Of a stretch of DNA of 64,000 bases, positions 27,873-37,610 are shown piece after piece (within the stretch, counting starts at the first letter, position 1; every line of letters begins with the position of its first letter). The stretch spans positions 23,386 to 87,385 of the forward strand of contig CAYLUX010000001.1 in the NCBI GenBank assembly GCA_964386935.1. The letters run 5' to 3'. The notes below the pieces were generated by a model, which was not told the DNA's origin, did no database searches, and worked only from the letters and a program-made list of their open reading frames with translations. Origin of the DNA: an uncultured Janibacter sp. GTDB taxonomy: Bacteria > Actinomycetota > Actinomycetes > Actinomycetales > Dermatophilaceae. The position numbers and the translations under genes are program-made.

Positions 27873-29288
27873 GTGACGGACTCGCTCGACCACTACTCGA
27901 GCGCTCGCCGGATGCGGGACGCGGTCCGGGCGAAGGAGATCTCCGCCCGGGAGCTCCTCGAGCTGCACCTGGAGCGCATCGAGCAGGTCAACCCCCGCGT
28001 CAACGCCATCGTCAGCCCGGATCCGGATCGGGCGCGATCGGCCGCGGCGCTGGCCGACGAACAGCTCGCGCGGGGTGAGGACGTCGGCCCCCTGCACGGG
28101 CTGCCCTTCGCCGTGAAGGACACCCACGAGGTCGGTGGTTGGCTCTCCACGTCGGGGTCACCGGTGCGCGCCGACCACGTACCCGAGCGCGACGAGCTGG
28201 TGGTCGAGCGGGTCCGGTCCGCCGGAGCGATCATCGTCGGGAAGACCAACACGCCGGAGTTCGCCTCGGGATCCCACACCTTCAACCCGCTGTTCGGGAC
28301 GACCTACAACCCCTACGACCTCGGTCGGTCCGCGGGAGGCTCCAGTGGAGGCGCGGCCGCGGCCCTGGCCAGCGGCATGGTCCCCCTGGCGGACGGCAGC
28401 GACATGGGCGGGTCCCTGCGCAACCCGGCCTCCTTCTGCAATGTCGTGGGGATGCGCCCCTCCTTCCAGCGGGTCCCCCAGTGGCCCAGCAGCAACTACT
28501 GGGAGGTCATCTCGGTCCAGGGGCCGTTGGCCCGCAGCGTGGACGATCTGGCCCTCCTGCTCTCGGTGATGTCCGGACCGACGGACCGGGTCCAGACCGC
28601 GCAGCAGGTCCCGGGGAGGGTCTTCGACGAGGTGCCCCCTGCCGACCTCGGCGGGCTCCGGGTGGCGCTCTCGATCGACCTGGCGGGCGGGTTCGAGGTC
28701 GATGCCGACGTCGCCGCCATCGTCCGGGACCAGGGAGCCGTCCTGGAGGGGGCGGGGGCCAGGGTCCGTGACGCTGCTCCTGACCTCCGGGGTGCCGAGG
28801 ACACCTTCCGCACACTGCGCGCCTGGCACTTCCAGGCCTCGTACGGAGAGCTCCTCGAGCGCCACCCGGACTCCTTCAAGCAGTCCCTGGCGGACAACAT
28901 CCGCGCCGGGGAGTCGCTGACCGGTGCCGACGTCGCCCGCGCCTACCGGCAGCGGTCCGCGCTGGCCGACCGGATGCGGCAGTTCTTCGAGGACCACGAC
29001 GCCCTCGTCCTGCCCGTGAGCCAGGTCCCGCCCTTCCCCGCGGACATGGAGTACCCGGCGGACATCAACGGGCAGGTCCAGGAGACCTATCTGGACTGGA
29101 TGCGGTCGGCATTCCTGATCTCGGTGACCGGCTGCCCGGCGATGTCGGTCCCGGCCGGGTTCACCGACGACGGCCTGCCGGTGGGCCTGCAGATCGTCAC
29201 GCCCGCCAACACCGAGCACCGGCTCCTGGCGATCGCGCGGGCATTCGAGCAGCTGACCGGGATCGGGGCCCGTCGCCCCGTGCTGTGA
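27873..29288 (+). CDS. amidase-signature (AS) family amidase
   Basis: GTG start 12 nt after the coxG-like stop. Contains 'PFAVKDT', 'GGSSGGAAAALA', 'GSDMGGSLRNPASFC' (Ser-cisSer-Lys triad context). Confidence 0.9.
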   Translation: MTDSLDHYSSARRMRDAVRAKEISARELLELHLERIEQVNPRVNAIVSPDPDRARSAAALADEQLARGEDVGPLHGLPFAVKDTHEVGGWLSTSGSPVRADHVPERDELVVERVRSAGAIIVGKTNTPEFASGSHTFNPLFGTTYNPYDLGRSAGGSSGGAAAALASGMVPLADGSDMGGSLRNPASFCNVVGMRPSFQRVPQWPSSNYWEVISVQGPLARSVDDLALLLSVMSGPTDRVQTAQQVPGRVFDEVPPADLGGLRVALSIDLAGGFEVDADVAAIVRDQGAVLEGAGARVRDAAPDLRGAEDTFRTLRAWHFQASYGELLERHPDSFKQSLADNIRAGESLTGADVARAYRQRSALADRMRQFFEDHDALVLPVSQVPPFPADMEYPADINGQVQETYLDWMRSAFLISVTGCPAMSVPAGFTDDGLPVGLQIVTPANTEHRLLAIARAFEQLTGIGARRPVL

Positions 29289-29305
29289 TTCAGCAGATTC
29301 TGACA
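29286..29305 (+). promoter_or_regulatory. shared island motif, copy A (upstream of hyuA)
   Basis: TGATTCAGCAGATTCTGACA. The first 11 nt are identical to copy B. Confidence 0.45.
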
Positions 29306-29396
29306 ACCCGACGGTGTCGTCACGTCAGGTACTGCCGTGGATCCGACGGAGATACCGCGATGGGGTGGCATCGGAACCACAACCAGGAGGCGCAGG

Positions 29397-31487
29397 GTGC
29401 AACGAGGCAGCCACATCAGGATCGGGATCGACACGGGCGGCACCTTCACCGACGTCGTCGCATTCGACGAGCTCACCGGGCGCACGGTCACGACGAAGAC
29501 CCCCTCCACGCCCGAGGACCCGGCGGAGGGCTTCCTCGCCGGTACCGCGAAGGTCCTGGACGAGCTCGGCCTCGGTGCCGACACCGTCAGCGCCATCAGC
29601 CACGGCACCACGGTCGCGACCAACCAGCTCCTCGAGGGCAAGATCGAGCGGATGGGCTTCATCGCCAATGCCGGGTACGAGGCCGTGCTGGAGATCGCAC
29701 GACAGTCCGTGCCGGACGGTTACGGGAACTCCTACTTCTGGGTCAAGCCGGAGCGCATCGTGCCCCGCCACCTCGTCAGGGGAGTGCCGGGACGGCTGGA
29801 CTTCACCGGCGAGGAGATCGAGGCCTTCGACGAGCAGCGGGCACGCGAGGTCGCGCGCTGGTTCCGCGAGCACGAGGTGCACACCCTGGGCGTCTGCCTC
29901 CTGCACTCCTACGCGAACCCCGCGCACGAGCAGCGGATGCGCGAGATCCTGCGTGAGGAGCACCCCGACGCCATCGTCTCGGTCTCCTCCGAGGTGCTGC
30001 GGGAGTACCGGGAGTACGAGCGCTCGATGACCACCCTCGTCGACGCCGCGGTCAAGCCGCGGCTCTCCCGCTACATCGACAACATCACGACCCGGCTGGA
30101 CGGACTCACCACCGGGGGAGGGCTGCCCTTCTACGTCATGAAGTCCAACGGGGGCGTGCTCAGTGCGGAGGAGGTGGTCCACCAGCCGATCACGACGGTG
30201 CTCTCGGGGCCCGCGGCGGGTGCCCTGGGGGCGGCCATGATCGGTGACCTGGCGGGCTTCGACCGGGTCCTCACCTGTGACGGCGGCGGGACCTCGACCG
30301 ACGTCTCGGTCGTCATCGACGGGAGCCCCACCCTGACCACGGAGGGCTCCGTCGGGGTCTACCCGAGCAAGATCCCCATGATCGACGTGGTCACCGTGGG
30401 TGCCGGAGGCGGCTCGATCGCCGGCCTGTCACCCGAGGGCACCCTCAAGGTCGGGCCCGCCTCGGCCGGTGCGGACCCCGGGCCCGTCTGCTACGGCAAC
30501 GGGGGCACGGAGGTGACCATCACGGACGCCCACGTCGTCCTCGGGCGCGTCCCCGCACACCTGCTCGGCGGCGAGATCGGACTGGACGTCGACGGTGCCC
30601 GGGCCGCGTTGGAGCAGCTGGCGGGCTCCCTCGACATGACCGTCGAGGAGTGCGCGGTCGGGATCCTCGAGATCTCCGCCTGGAACCAGGCGAACGCCCT
30701 TCGTCAGGTCACGGTCAAGCGGGGTCTCGACGTCCGCGACTTCGCGCTCACCACGTTCGGTGGCTCCGGTTCGCTCCTGCTGTGCCGGCTCATGGACATC
30801 CTCGACATCGCGACCGTGCTCGTGCCGTTGAACCCCGGCAACCTGTCCGCCTTCGGCCTGCTGACGGTGGACGTCAAGAACGACTACGTGCAGACCTCGG
30901 TGACGCTGCACAGCCAGCTGCAGGCCGATCACCTGACGGCGGTCTACGGACAGCTCGAGGAGCAGGCGGTCGACGCCCTCACCCGTGAGGGGTTCGACTC
31001 GGAGGTCCACCAGCTGGTCCGTACCGCGGACCTGCGTTACTTCGGTCAGGCCTTCGAGGTCCGGGTCCCCGTGGCGGAGGGGCCGATCACCCGGGAGGTG
31101 ATCGACGCGGTGGCCAAGCGCTTCCACGACGAGCACCGCACGCTCTACGGCTACGACTTCGAGGGCAACCCGGACCAGCAGGTCGAGTGGGTCAACCTCC
31201 GGGTGTCCGGCATCGGGCCGATCCGACGTCCGGAGCTGACGCCGGAACCGGTGCAGCAGGACCCACCGACCGTCCCGACCGGTCGGCGCAGCGTCTGCTT
31301 CGACCCGGAGCGTGGCCGGGTCGACACCCCCGTCTACTGGCGCGAGGACCTGGCGCCAGGGGCCCGGCTCACCGGCCCGGCCGTCATCGAGGAGTTCGGG
31401 TCCACCGTGCCCATCCACCCCGGATTCGTCGTCCGTGTCGACGAGTACCGCAACATCATCGTCACTCGCGAAGGAGCCGAGGCATGA
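29397..31487 (+). CDS. hyuA: hydantoinase/oxoprolinase family, A (HyuA-like) subunit
   Basis: AGGAGG (29385-29390) lies 6 nt before GTG 29397. Contains 'IRIGIDTGGTFTDVVAFD' and 'GGGTSTDVS'. Confidence 0.85.
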   Translation: MQRGSHIRIGIDTGGTFTDVVAFDELTGRTVTTKTPSTPEDPAEGFLAGTAKVLDELGLGADTVSAISHGTTVATNQLLEGKIERMGFIANAGYEAVLEIARQSVPDGYGNSYFWVKPERIVPRHLVRGVPGRLDFTGEEIEAFDEQRAREVARWFREHEVHTLGVCLLHSYANPAHEQRMREILREEHPDAIVSVSSEVLREYREYERSMTTLVDAAVKPRLSRYIDNITTRLDGLTTGGGLPFYVMKSNGGVLSAEEVVHQPITTVLSGPAAGALGAAMIGDLAGFDRVLTCDGGGTSTDVSVVIDGSPTLTTEGSVGVYPSKIPMIDVVTVGAGGGSIAGLSPEGTLKVGPASAGADPGPVCYGNGGTEVTITDAHVVLGRVPAHLLGGEIGLDVDGARAALEQLAGSLDMTVEECAVGILEISAWNQANALRQVTVKRGLDVRDFALTTFGGSGSLLLCRLMDILDIATVLVPLNPGNLSAFGLLTVDVKNDYVQTSVTLHSQLQADHLTAVYGQLEEQAVDALTREGFDSEVHQLVRTADLRYFGQAFEVRVPVAEGPITREVIDAVAKRFHDEHRTLYGYDFEGNPDQQVEWVNLRVSGIGPIRRPELTPEPVQQDPPTVPTGRRSVCFDPERGRVDTPVYWREDLAPGARLTGPAVIEEFGSTVPIHPGFVVRVDEYRNIIVTREGAEA

Positions 31488-33424
31488 CCACATCGAGGCT
31501 TGCTCCCACGGAGTTCCCCTTCGGTTCGCTCACCCCCGACGCGGGGGCGGGCGCGGACCCCGTGATCGTCGAGATCGTCCAGGGCAGCCTCGCCTCCGTC
31601 GAGATGGAGGTGGAGACGGCCATCGCGCGGACGTCCCGGTCCCCGATGATCCGGGACGCCCACGACTTCCGTGCGGGGATCCACGACCGCTTGTTGCGCA
31701 AGCTCACGGGGCGTTCCTACAGCGCGCTGGTCCACCCCGTGGCCCGGGACTTCCCGCTGGAGTCGATGGTCCCGGGCGATGTCTTCTTCCACAACGACGT
31801 CTACGAGTCCGAAGGGGGGATCGGTCACCTTCCGGACCTGTGCGTCACCGTGCCGGTCTTCCACACCTCCGCCGGTTCGGAGCGACCGGAGGTGGTCGCC
31901 TTCGTCCAGGCCTTCGGCCACCACGACGACATCGGGGGAGCGGTGCCCGGCTCGATGCCGAGTGGCGCGACGAGCGTGTTCGAGGAGGGGCTGATGGTCC
32001 CACCGATCAAGCTCTGGGACGCCGGCGTCCCGGTCCGGTCCGCGCTGCGCATCATGACGCGCAACTCCCGGACCCCGGAGGCGCTGGCCGCGGACCTCGA
32101 CGCCGAGTGCTCCGCCTGCCTCATGGGTGCGCGGCGACTGGGCGAGCTCTTCGACCGGTACGGCCGCGACGCGGTCGAGTCGGCCTTCGACGCGGTCATC
32201 GACAACACGACCCGGACCTACCGCCGGGAGATCCTCAGTCGGATCCCGGTGGGGACGTGGACCTGGGAGGACTACGCCGAGCACGACGGGGTCGAGGACC
32301 CGAAGCTGCACACGCAGCGGATCACCCTGACGAGGACCTCGGCGGAGGACCCCGAGGGGGAGCGGCTGATCTTCGACTTCGCCGGCACCTCGCCCCAGGC
32401 CAAGGGGCCCATCAACCACTGCGCCGACTACTCCGACGGTGTCTTCCTCAAGAAGTGGCTGGCCCCGATCCTGCGGAACCTGGCCGAGACACCCGAGCGG
32501 ATGGCGGAGCTCGACGTCAACGAGGGCATCGTGCCGCTCATCGAGATGCGCTTCCCGCCGAAGGGGACCCTGCTCACCCCGGAGTTCCCCGCCCCGACGA
32601 ATGCACGCACCTTCGTCATCCTCCGGTTGCTCGGGGTGCTCGCCGGCGTCATCGCCAAGGCGGTCGACGGGCGGATGCCCGCGGACCAGGAGACGATCCG
32701 GTACACCGGTGTGTACGGCGAGGGGCGCGACGGCCGGCCGTACCTCATGCGCGAGGTGCTCGGGGGTGGGTCCGGAGGGCGCTACTACGCCGACGGCGAG
32801 GACACCATCCACGTCGTGCCGGACTCGCGCAACCTGCCGACCGAGTTCACCGAGTCGCGCTTCCCCTTCATCGTGGAGAGCCTCGGCCTGGCCATCGACT
32901 CCGGGGGAGCGGGGCAGTTCCGTGGCGGTCTGGGCTACGAGAAGCGGCTGCGGATGCTCAAGGACGCACGGTTCATGTCCATCGCCGACCGGTCCATCCT
33001 CGCCTGCTGGGGCGTGAAGGGCGGTCGGGCCGGGGCCCCCTTCGAGGTGGTCATCAATCCCGGGACCGATCGGGAGCGGCACGTGGACGCCCTCGCGGAC
33101 GACGAGGAGGTGTCGGCGGGCGAGACCATCTGCATCCGCACCACCGGTGGCGGAGGGTGGGGTGATCCACTGGACCGCGAGCCGGAGTCCGTCGTCCGTG
33201 ACGTGGCCTGGGCGAAGGTTTCCGCGGAGGCGGCACTGCGCGACTACGGGGTCGTGCTGACCGGATCGATCGAGACAGACGACCTGGGGCATGACGCCGA
33301 GGCCACGACGGCCGAGCGCCGGCGGCTGCGGGAGGCCCGCGGCGAGGAGCCGTTCTTCGACCGTGGCCCCGGCTACGCGCGTCTCAGCGACGGCAGGAGC
33401 AGCGCGGACGTGGACTGGCTCTGA
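31484..33424 (+). CDS. hyuB: hydantoinase/oxoprolinase family, B (HyuB-like) subunit
   Basis: ATGA overlap with hyuA. Contains 'DPVIVEIVQGSLASVEMEVETAIARTSRSPMIRDAHDF' and 'GGGGWGDPLDREPESVVRDV'. Confidence 0.85.
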   Translation: MTTSRLAPTEFPFGSLTPDAGAGADPVIVEIVQGSLASVEMEVETAIARTSRSPMIRDAHDFRAGIHDRLLRKLTGRSYSALVHPVARDFPLESMVPGDVFFHNDVYESEGGIGHLPDLCVTVPVFHTSAGSERPEVVAFVQAFGHHDDIGGAVPGSMPSGATSVFEEGLMVPPIKLWDAGVPVRSALRIMTRNSRTPEALAADLDAECSACLMGARRLGELFDRYGRDAVESAFDAVIDNTTRTYRREILSRIPVGTWTWEDYAEHDGVEDPKLHTQRITLTRTSAEDPEGERLIFDFAGTSPQAKGPINHCADYSDGVFLKKWLAPILRNLAETPERMAELDVNEGIVPLIEMRFPPKGTLLTPEFPAPTNARTFVILRLLGVLAGVIAKAVDGRMPADQETIRYTGVYGEGRDGRPYLMREVLGGGSGGRYYADGEDTIHVVPDSRNLPTEFTESRFPFIVESLGLAIDSGGAGQFRGGLGYEKRLRMLKDARFMSIADRSILACWGVKGGRAGAPFEVVINPGTDRERHVDALADDEEVSAGETICIRTTGGGGWGDPLDREPESVVRDVAWAKVSAEAALRDYGVVLTGSIETDDLGHDAEATTAERRRLREARGEEPFFDRGPGYARLSDGRSSADVDWL

Positions 33425-34224
33425 TGGTGGTTGCCGACATCGCCGTGCTCAGTGGCCGGGGGAAGACCGGGGGCGCGGTGGTGTCGGCGCTGCGTCGGCG
33501 CGGCGTCGCTGCCCGGCCGCTGGGGCGAGCCGAGCTGGTCGATCTCCCGGAGGCCCTGAGGGGGTGCACGGGTCTCTACCTCATGGCGCCCAACATGAGC
33601 GAGGACGAGCCCTCCTTCGTCGACTCGGCCCTGCGGGCGGCCGGCAGAGCCGGCATCCGCAGGGTGGTCTACCACTCCGTGGCCGCTCCGTACGCGCCAC
33701 TGATGCCCCACCACCTGGGCAAGGCGGAGGCCGAGGACCTCGTGCGCCGCAGTGGCCTCGACTGGACGATCCTGCAGCCCTGCGCCTACGTCCAGAACCT
33801 CCTCCCCGGTCTGCGGGCGGACCCTCCGGGCATCGACGTCGTCTACGACCCCGATCGCAGGTTCGGACTCGTCGACGTCGAGGACGTGGGTGAGGCGGCA
33901 GCGATCACGCTCCTCCGGTCCGAGGACGTCGGGGCGACCTACGAGCTCGGTGGGCCCGAGCTGGTCAGCGTGCGTGAGGTGGCCGGTGTCGCCGAGGAGG
34001 TGATCGGCCGGCGCGTGCCGGTGCGTCGGATCCCGGTGGCCGAGTGGTCGGCCGGCGCCGGCCGCGGTCTCGAGCCGAGGGTGCGTGACTGGCTCCTGGC
34101 GATGTTCGCCTACTACGACCGGTACGGCCTGCCGGCCGGGTCCGGGTCGCTCGTCGGCCTGCTGGGCCGTCCGCCGAGGGGACTGACGCCGATCCTGCGT
34201 CGAGAGCTCGGCGCATTGTCATGA
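33424..34224 (+). CDS. NmrA-like / atypical SDR NAD(P)-binding protein
   Basis: TGATG junction with hyuB. 266 aa. 'GRGKTGGAVVSAL' is a degenerate Rossmann start. Also 'GLDWTILQP'. Confidence 0.65.
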   Translation: MVVADIAVLSGRGKTGGAVVSALRRRGVAARPLGRAELVDLPEALRGCTGLYLMAPNMSEDEPSFVDSALRAAGRAGIRRVVYHSVAAPYAPLMPHHLGKAEAEDLVRRSGLDWTILQPCAYVQNLLPGLRADPPGIDVVYDPDRRFGLVDVEDVGEAAAITLLRSEDVGATYELGGPELVSVREVAGVAEEVIGRRVPVRRIPVAEWSAGAGRGLEPRVRDWLLAMFAYYDRYGLPAGSGSLVGLLGRPPRGLTPILRRELGALS

Positions 34225-34242
34225 CGTGCCCAGAACGTTTTC

Positions 34243-34262
34243 TGATTCAGCAGCTATTGCCA
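34243..34262 (+). promoter_or_regulatory. shared island motif, copy B (upstream of arcC)
   Basis: TGATTCAGCAGCTATTGCCA, preceded by the palindrome CAGAA-CGTT-TTCTG (34231-34244). Confidence 0.45.
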
Positions 34263-34299
34263 GTGTGGGCCGGTGGTGTCGGCTCGTAACGTGCATCAC

Positions 34300-35238
34300 A
34301 TGCGCTTCGTGATCGCCTTGGGCGGCAACGCCATGACGTCCCCGGACGGGAGTGCACGTCCGGAGGACCAGCGGGATGCCATCCGGCGGGCGGCGGGCCC
34401 CGTCGTCGATCTCGTCGCTGCGGGACACGAGGTGCTGATCACCCACGGCAACGGTCCCCAGGTCGGGAACCTGCTCGTGAAGAACGAGCTCACGGCCGGA
34501 CGCGTGCCACCCGTGCCGCTGGACTGGTGCGGTGCCCAGACGCAGGCGACGATCGGCATGCTGATCATCAATGCCCTGGACGAGCAGTTCGCGGCGAGGG
34601 GCATCGACCGGAAGTCCGCAGCGCTCGTCTCGCGGACGCTGGTCGACCCGGCGGACGCACACTTCGTCGACCCGACGAAGCCGATCGGTCGGTACCTGAC
34701 CCGTGCCGAGGCCCAGCCCCTCATCGACCAGGGGCAGCAGTTCGTCGAGGTGCCCGAGCGTGGCTGGCGTCGTGTCGTGGCCTCACCGGCACCCGTCGAG
34801 TGCCTCGACGGCCCCGCCGCCGACGTGCTGATGAGGTCCGGTTACGTGGTCGTGTGCTCCGGGGGCGGGGGGATCCCCACGTTCCGCGGCACCGACGGGG
34901 CCAACGTCGGTGCGGAGGCGGTCATCGACAAGGACCTCACCGCGGCGCTCATCGCGCAGCAGGTGCGAGCGGACCACCTCGTCATCGCCACCGACGTAGA
35001 CGCGGTCGTGGCCGGCTGGGGCAGTGACTCCGAGCGGCCCGTCGGCGAGATCGACGCGACCGAGATGCGAGAGCTCTGCGCCGAGCAGGGATTCGCGGCC
35101 GGGTCGATGGGACCCAAGGTCGAGGCCGTCACGACGTTCGCCGAGTCCGGTACCGGGACCGGCATCATCACCTCCCTCGAGCGCATCACCGAGGCCATCG
35201 AGGGGCGGGTCGGCACGCGGGTCGTGCCGACCCGCTAG
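34300..35238 (+). CDS. arcC: carbamate kinase
   Basis: ATG 34300 gives '[12 protein letters not shown]'. Also '[10 protein letters not shown]', 'CSGGGGIP', '[10 protein letters not shown]'. Confidence 0.9.
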   Translation: MRFVIALGGNAMTSPDGSARPEDQRDAIRRAAGPVVDLVAAGHEVLITHGNGPQVGNLLVKNELTAGRVPPVPLDWCGAQTQATIGMLIINALDEQFAARGIDRKSAALVSRTLVDPADAHFVDPTKPIGRYLTRAEAQPLIDQGQQFVEVPERGWRRVVASPAPVECLDGPAADVLMRSGYVVVCSGGGGIPTFRGTDGANVGAEAVIDKDLTAALIAQQVRADHLVIATDVDAVVAGWGSDSERPVGEIDATEMRELCAEQGFAAGSMGPKVEAVTTFAESGTGTGIITSLERITEAIEGRVGTRVVPTR

Positions 35239-35278
35239 CTCGCCCGATCCATCACCACCACCACGGAAGGACGCGCCA

Positions 35279-36391
35279 GTGCCGTCAGCAATCGAAGTCC
35301 GCAAGGTCCCGATCCACTCCGTCGCCGACGCCAGCGAGTTGGCCAAGCTCATCGACGACGGCACCCTGGAGGCCGATCGGGTCATCGCCATCATCGGGAA
35401 GACCGAGGGCAACGGCGGGGTCAACGACTACACCCGCATCATCGCCGACCGGGCATTCCGGGAGGTGATCCAGGAGAAGGGAACCCGGTCCGCCGACGAG
35501 GTGCACCAGATCCCGATCGTGTGGTCCGGGGGGACCGACGGCGTCATCAGCCCGCACGCGACCATCTTCGCCACGCTGCCCCCGGAGAAGGCGGCGCCGA
35601 GCGACGAGCTGCGCCTCAGCGTCGGCTTCGCCATGAGCGACCAGCTGCTCCCGGAGGAGATCGGGCGGACCCCGATGATCGAGAAGGTCGCCGAAGGCGT
35701 CACCCGCGCGATGGCGGAGGCGGGCATCACCGACCCCGCCGACGTGCACTACGTCCAGACCAAGACACCCCTGCTGACGATCGACACCATCAGGGACGCC
35801 AAGAGCCGCGGGAAGACGGTGTGGACCGACGACACCCTCAAGTCGATGGACCTGTCCAACGGCACCACTGCACTCGGGATCGCCGTCGCCCTCGGGGAGA
35901 TCGAGATGCCGACCGACGAGGACGTCCTGGAGAACCGGGACCTGTACTCCTCGGTCGCGTCCTGCTCCTCCGGAGTGGAGCTGGACCGGGCCCAGATCGT
36001 CGTCGTGGGCAATGCCCGGGGGGTCGGCGGCAACTACCGCATCGGCCACTCGGTCATGAAGGACGCCCTGGACGCCGAGGGCATCTGGGACGCGATCAAG
36101 GACGCGGGGCTCGACCTGCCGGAGCGCGCCCGCAGCACCGACCTGGACGATCGCCTCGTCAACGTCTTCCTCAAGTGCGAGACCAGCCAGGACGGCCACG
36201 TGCGGGGGCGGCGCAATGCGATGCTCGATGACTCCGACGTCCACTGGCACCGGCAGATCAAGGCCGCCGTTGGCGGCGTGACAGCGTCCGTCACCGGTGA
36301 TCCCGCCGTCTTCGTCTCGGTCTCGGCCGCGCACCAGGGCCCGGACGGGGGAGGCCCCGTCGCGGCGATCGTCGACATGGGGCGGGCGTGA
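35279..36391 (+). CDS. ring-opening amidohydrolase of the barbiturase / cyanuric acid hydrolase (AtzD/TrzD) family
   Basis: GGAAGG then GTG 35279. '[16 protein letters not shown]', '[12 protein letters not shown]', 'LPEEIGR', '[14 protein letters not shown]', '[27 protein letters not shown]' and '[14 protein letters not shown]' track my recollection of the AtzD sequence end to end. Confidence 0.9.
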   Translation: MPSAIEVRKVPIHSVADASELAKLIDDGTLEADRVIAIIGKTEGNGGVNDYTRIIADRAFREVIQEKGTRSADEVHQIPIVWSGGTDGVISPHATIFATLPPEKAAPSDELRLSVGFAMSDQLLPEEIGRTPMIEKVAEGVTRAMAEAGITDPADVHYVQTKTPLLTIDTIRDAKSRGKTVWTDDTLKSMDLSNGTTALGIAVALGEIEMPTDEDVLENRDLYSSVASCSSGVELDRAQIVVVGNARGVGGNYRIGHSVMKDALDAEGIWDAIKDAGLDLPERARSTDLDDRLVNVFLKCETSQDGHVRGRRNAMLDDSDVHWHRQIKAAVGGVTASVTGDPAVFVSVSAAHQGPDGGGPVAAIVDMGRA

Positions 36392-37593
36392 CCGAGGCCG
36401 GCTCCGCGCCGGACCCGGCGGGCGACGGGCCACTGTCCGGGACCATCGTCCTGGACATGACCCGGGCGCTCGCCGGGCCCCACGCGGCCATGATGCTCGG
36501 GGACCTCGGCGCCCGCGTGATCAAGATCGAGAGCCCCGCTGGAGACGACAGCCGTGGCTGGGGTCCACCGTTCCTCGGCGAGGGTGAGCAGCGCGAGTCG
36601 ACCTACTTCATGTCGGCCAACCGCAACAAGGAGTCGATCACCCTCGATCTGAAGATCGCCGAGGACCAACAGGTGATGACCGCACTGGTGCGGCAGGCGG
36701 ACGTCCTCATGGAGAACTTCCGGGTCGGTGTCCTGGACCGGCTCGGGTTCGACGTCGAGCGGCTGCACGAGCTCAACCCGCGCCTGGTCATCCTCTCGAT
36801 CACCGGCTTCGGGCACGACGGGCCGGAGGCGGAGAGGGCGGGGTACGACCAGATCGCCCAGGGCGAGGCCGGGCTGATGAGCCTGACCGGGATCGAGGAG
36901 CCGACCAAGGTCGGGGTGCCGATCGCGGACCTGCTCGCCGGGATGAACGGCGCCTACGGCACGGTGGCGGCCCTCTACGAGCGGGAGCGCACCGGTCGCG
37001 GACGCGTCGTCCGCACCTCGCTCATCGCCGGCATCGTCGGGATCCATGCCTTCCAGGGCACCCGGTGGACCGTGGGGGGAGAGGTCCCGGGGCTCTCCGG
37101 CTCGCACCACCCGTCGATCGCGCCGTACGGCCTCTTCCACACGGCGACCTCGCCCATCCAGCTCTCCTGCGGTTCGGAGACCCTGTGGAAGCGGTTCGCC
37201 CCCGCACTCGGGATCGCGGTCGACGACCCACGGTTCGCCACCAACGGCGACCGGGTCACCCACAAGGAGGAGCTCATCGACATCCTCGAGGGGGTGTTCG
37301 CCGAGGAGCCCGCCGACCACTGGCTGGAGCTCCTCACCGCGGCGGGGATCCCGTCCGGGCGGGTCCGGACCATCGACGAGGTCTACGAGTGGGACCAGGC
37401 CATCTCCCAGGGCCTGAGGATCGAGGTCGACCACGCCACCCAGGGGCGTCTCGCGCTGCCGGGACCGGCCGTGCGGCTCGACGACAACGACTACGCGGGC
37501 GCCCGCCGCCACCACGAGGCGCCTCCGACCCTGGGCCAGCACAACGACTCCGTCCGCCGGTGGCTGGCGGAGGTCGACGCAACCGTGCACTAG
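36388..37593 (+). CDS. family III CoA-transferase (CaiB/BaiF/Frc type)
   Basis: GTGA overlap with the upstream gene. Contains '[31 protein letters not shown]', '[17 protein letters not shown]', 'PIADLLAG'. Confidence 0.85.
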   Translation: MTEAGSAPDPAGDGPLSGTIVLDMTRALAGPHAAMMLGDLGARVIKIESPAGDDSRGWGPPFLGEGEQRESTYFMSANRNKESITLDLKIAEDQQVMTALVRQADVLMENFRVGVLDRLGFDVERLHELNPRLVILSITGFGHDGPEAERAGYDQIAQGEAGLMSLTGIEEPTKVGVPIADLLAGMNGAYGTVAALYERERTGRGRVVRTSLIAGIVGIHAFQGTRWTVGGEVPGLSGSHHPSIAPYGLFHTATSPIQLSCGSETLWKRFAPALGIAVDDPRFATNGDRVTHKEELIDILEGVFAEEPADHWLELLTAAGIPSGRVRTIDEVYEWDQAISQGLRIEVDHATQGRLALPGPAVRLDDNDYAGARRHHEAPPTLGQHNDSVRRWLAEVDATVH

Positions 37594-37610
37594 GCGAGGC
37601 CGCCCCTGGC

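Noticed and set aside
27873-36391. Reading the island as a cyanuric acid/s-triazine mineralisation cluster, with the AtzD-like enzyme plus an AS amidase acting as AtzE/AtzF.
   Set aside because: I recognise no AtzG/AtzH, biuret hydrolase or triazine hydrolase genes. A pyrimidine-type permease and a hydroxylase are unnecessary for cyanurate. I keep this only as the alternative to be excluded by phylogeny and assay.
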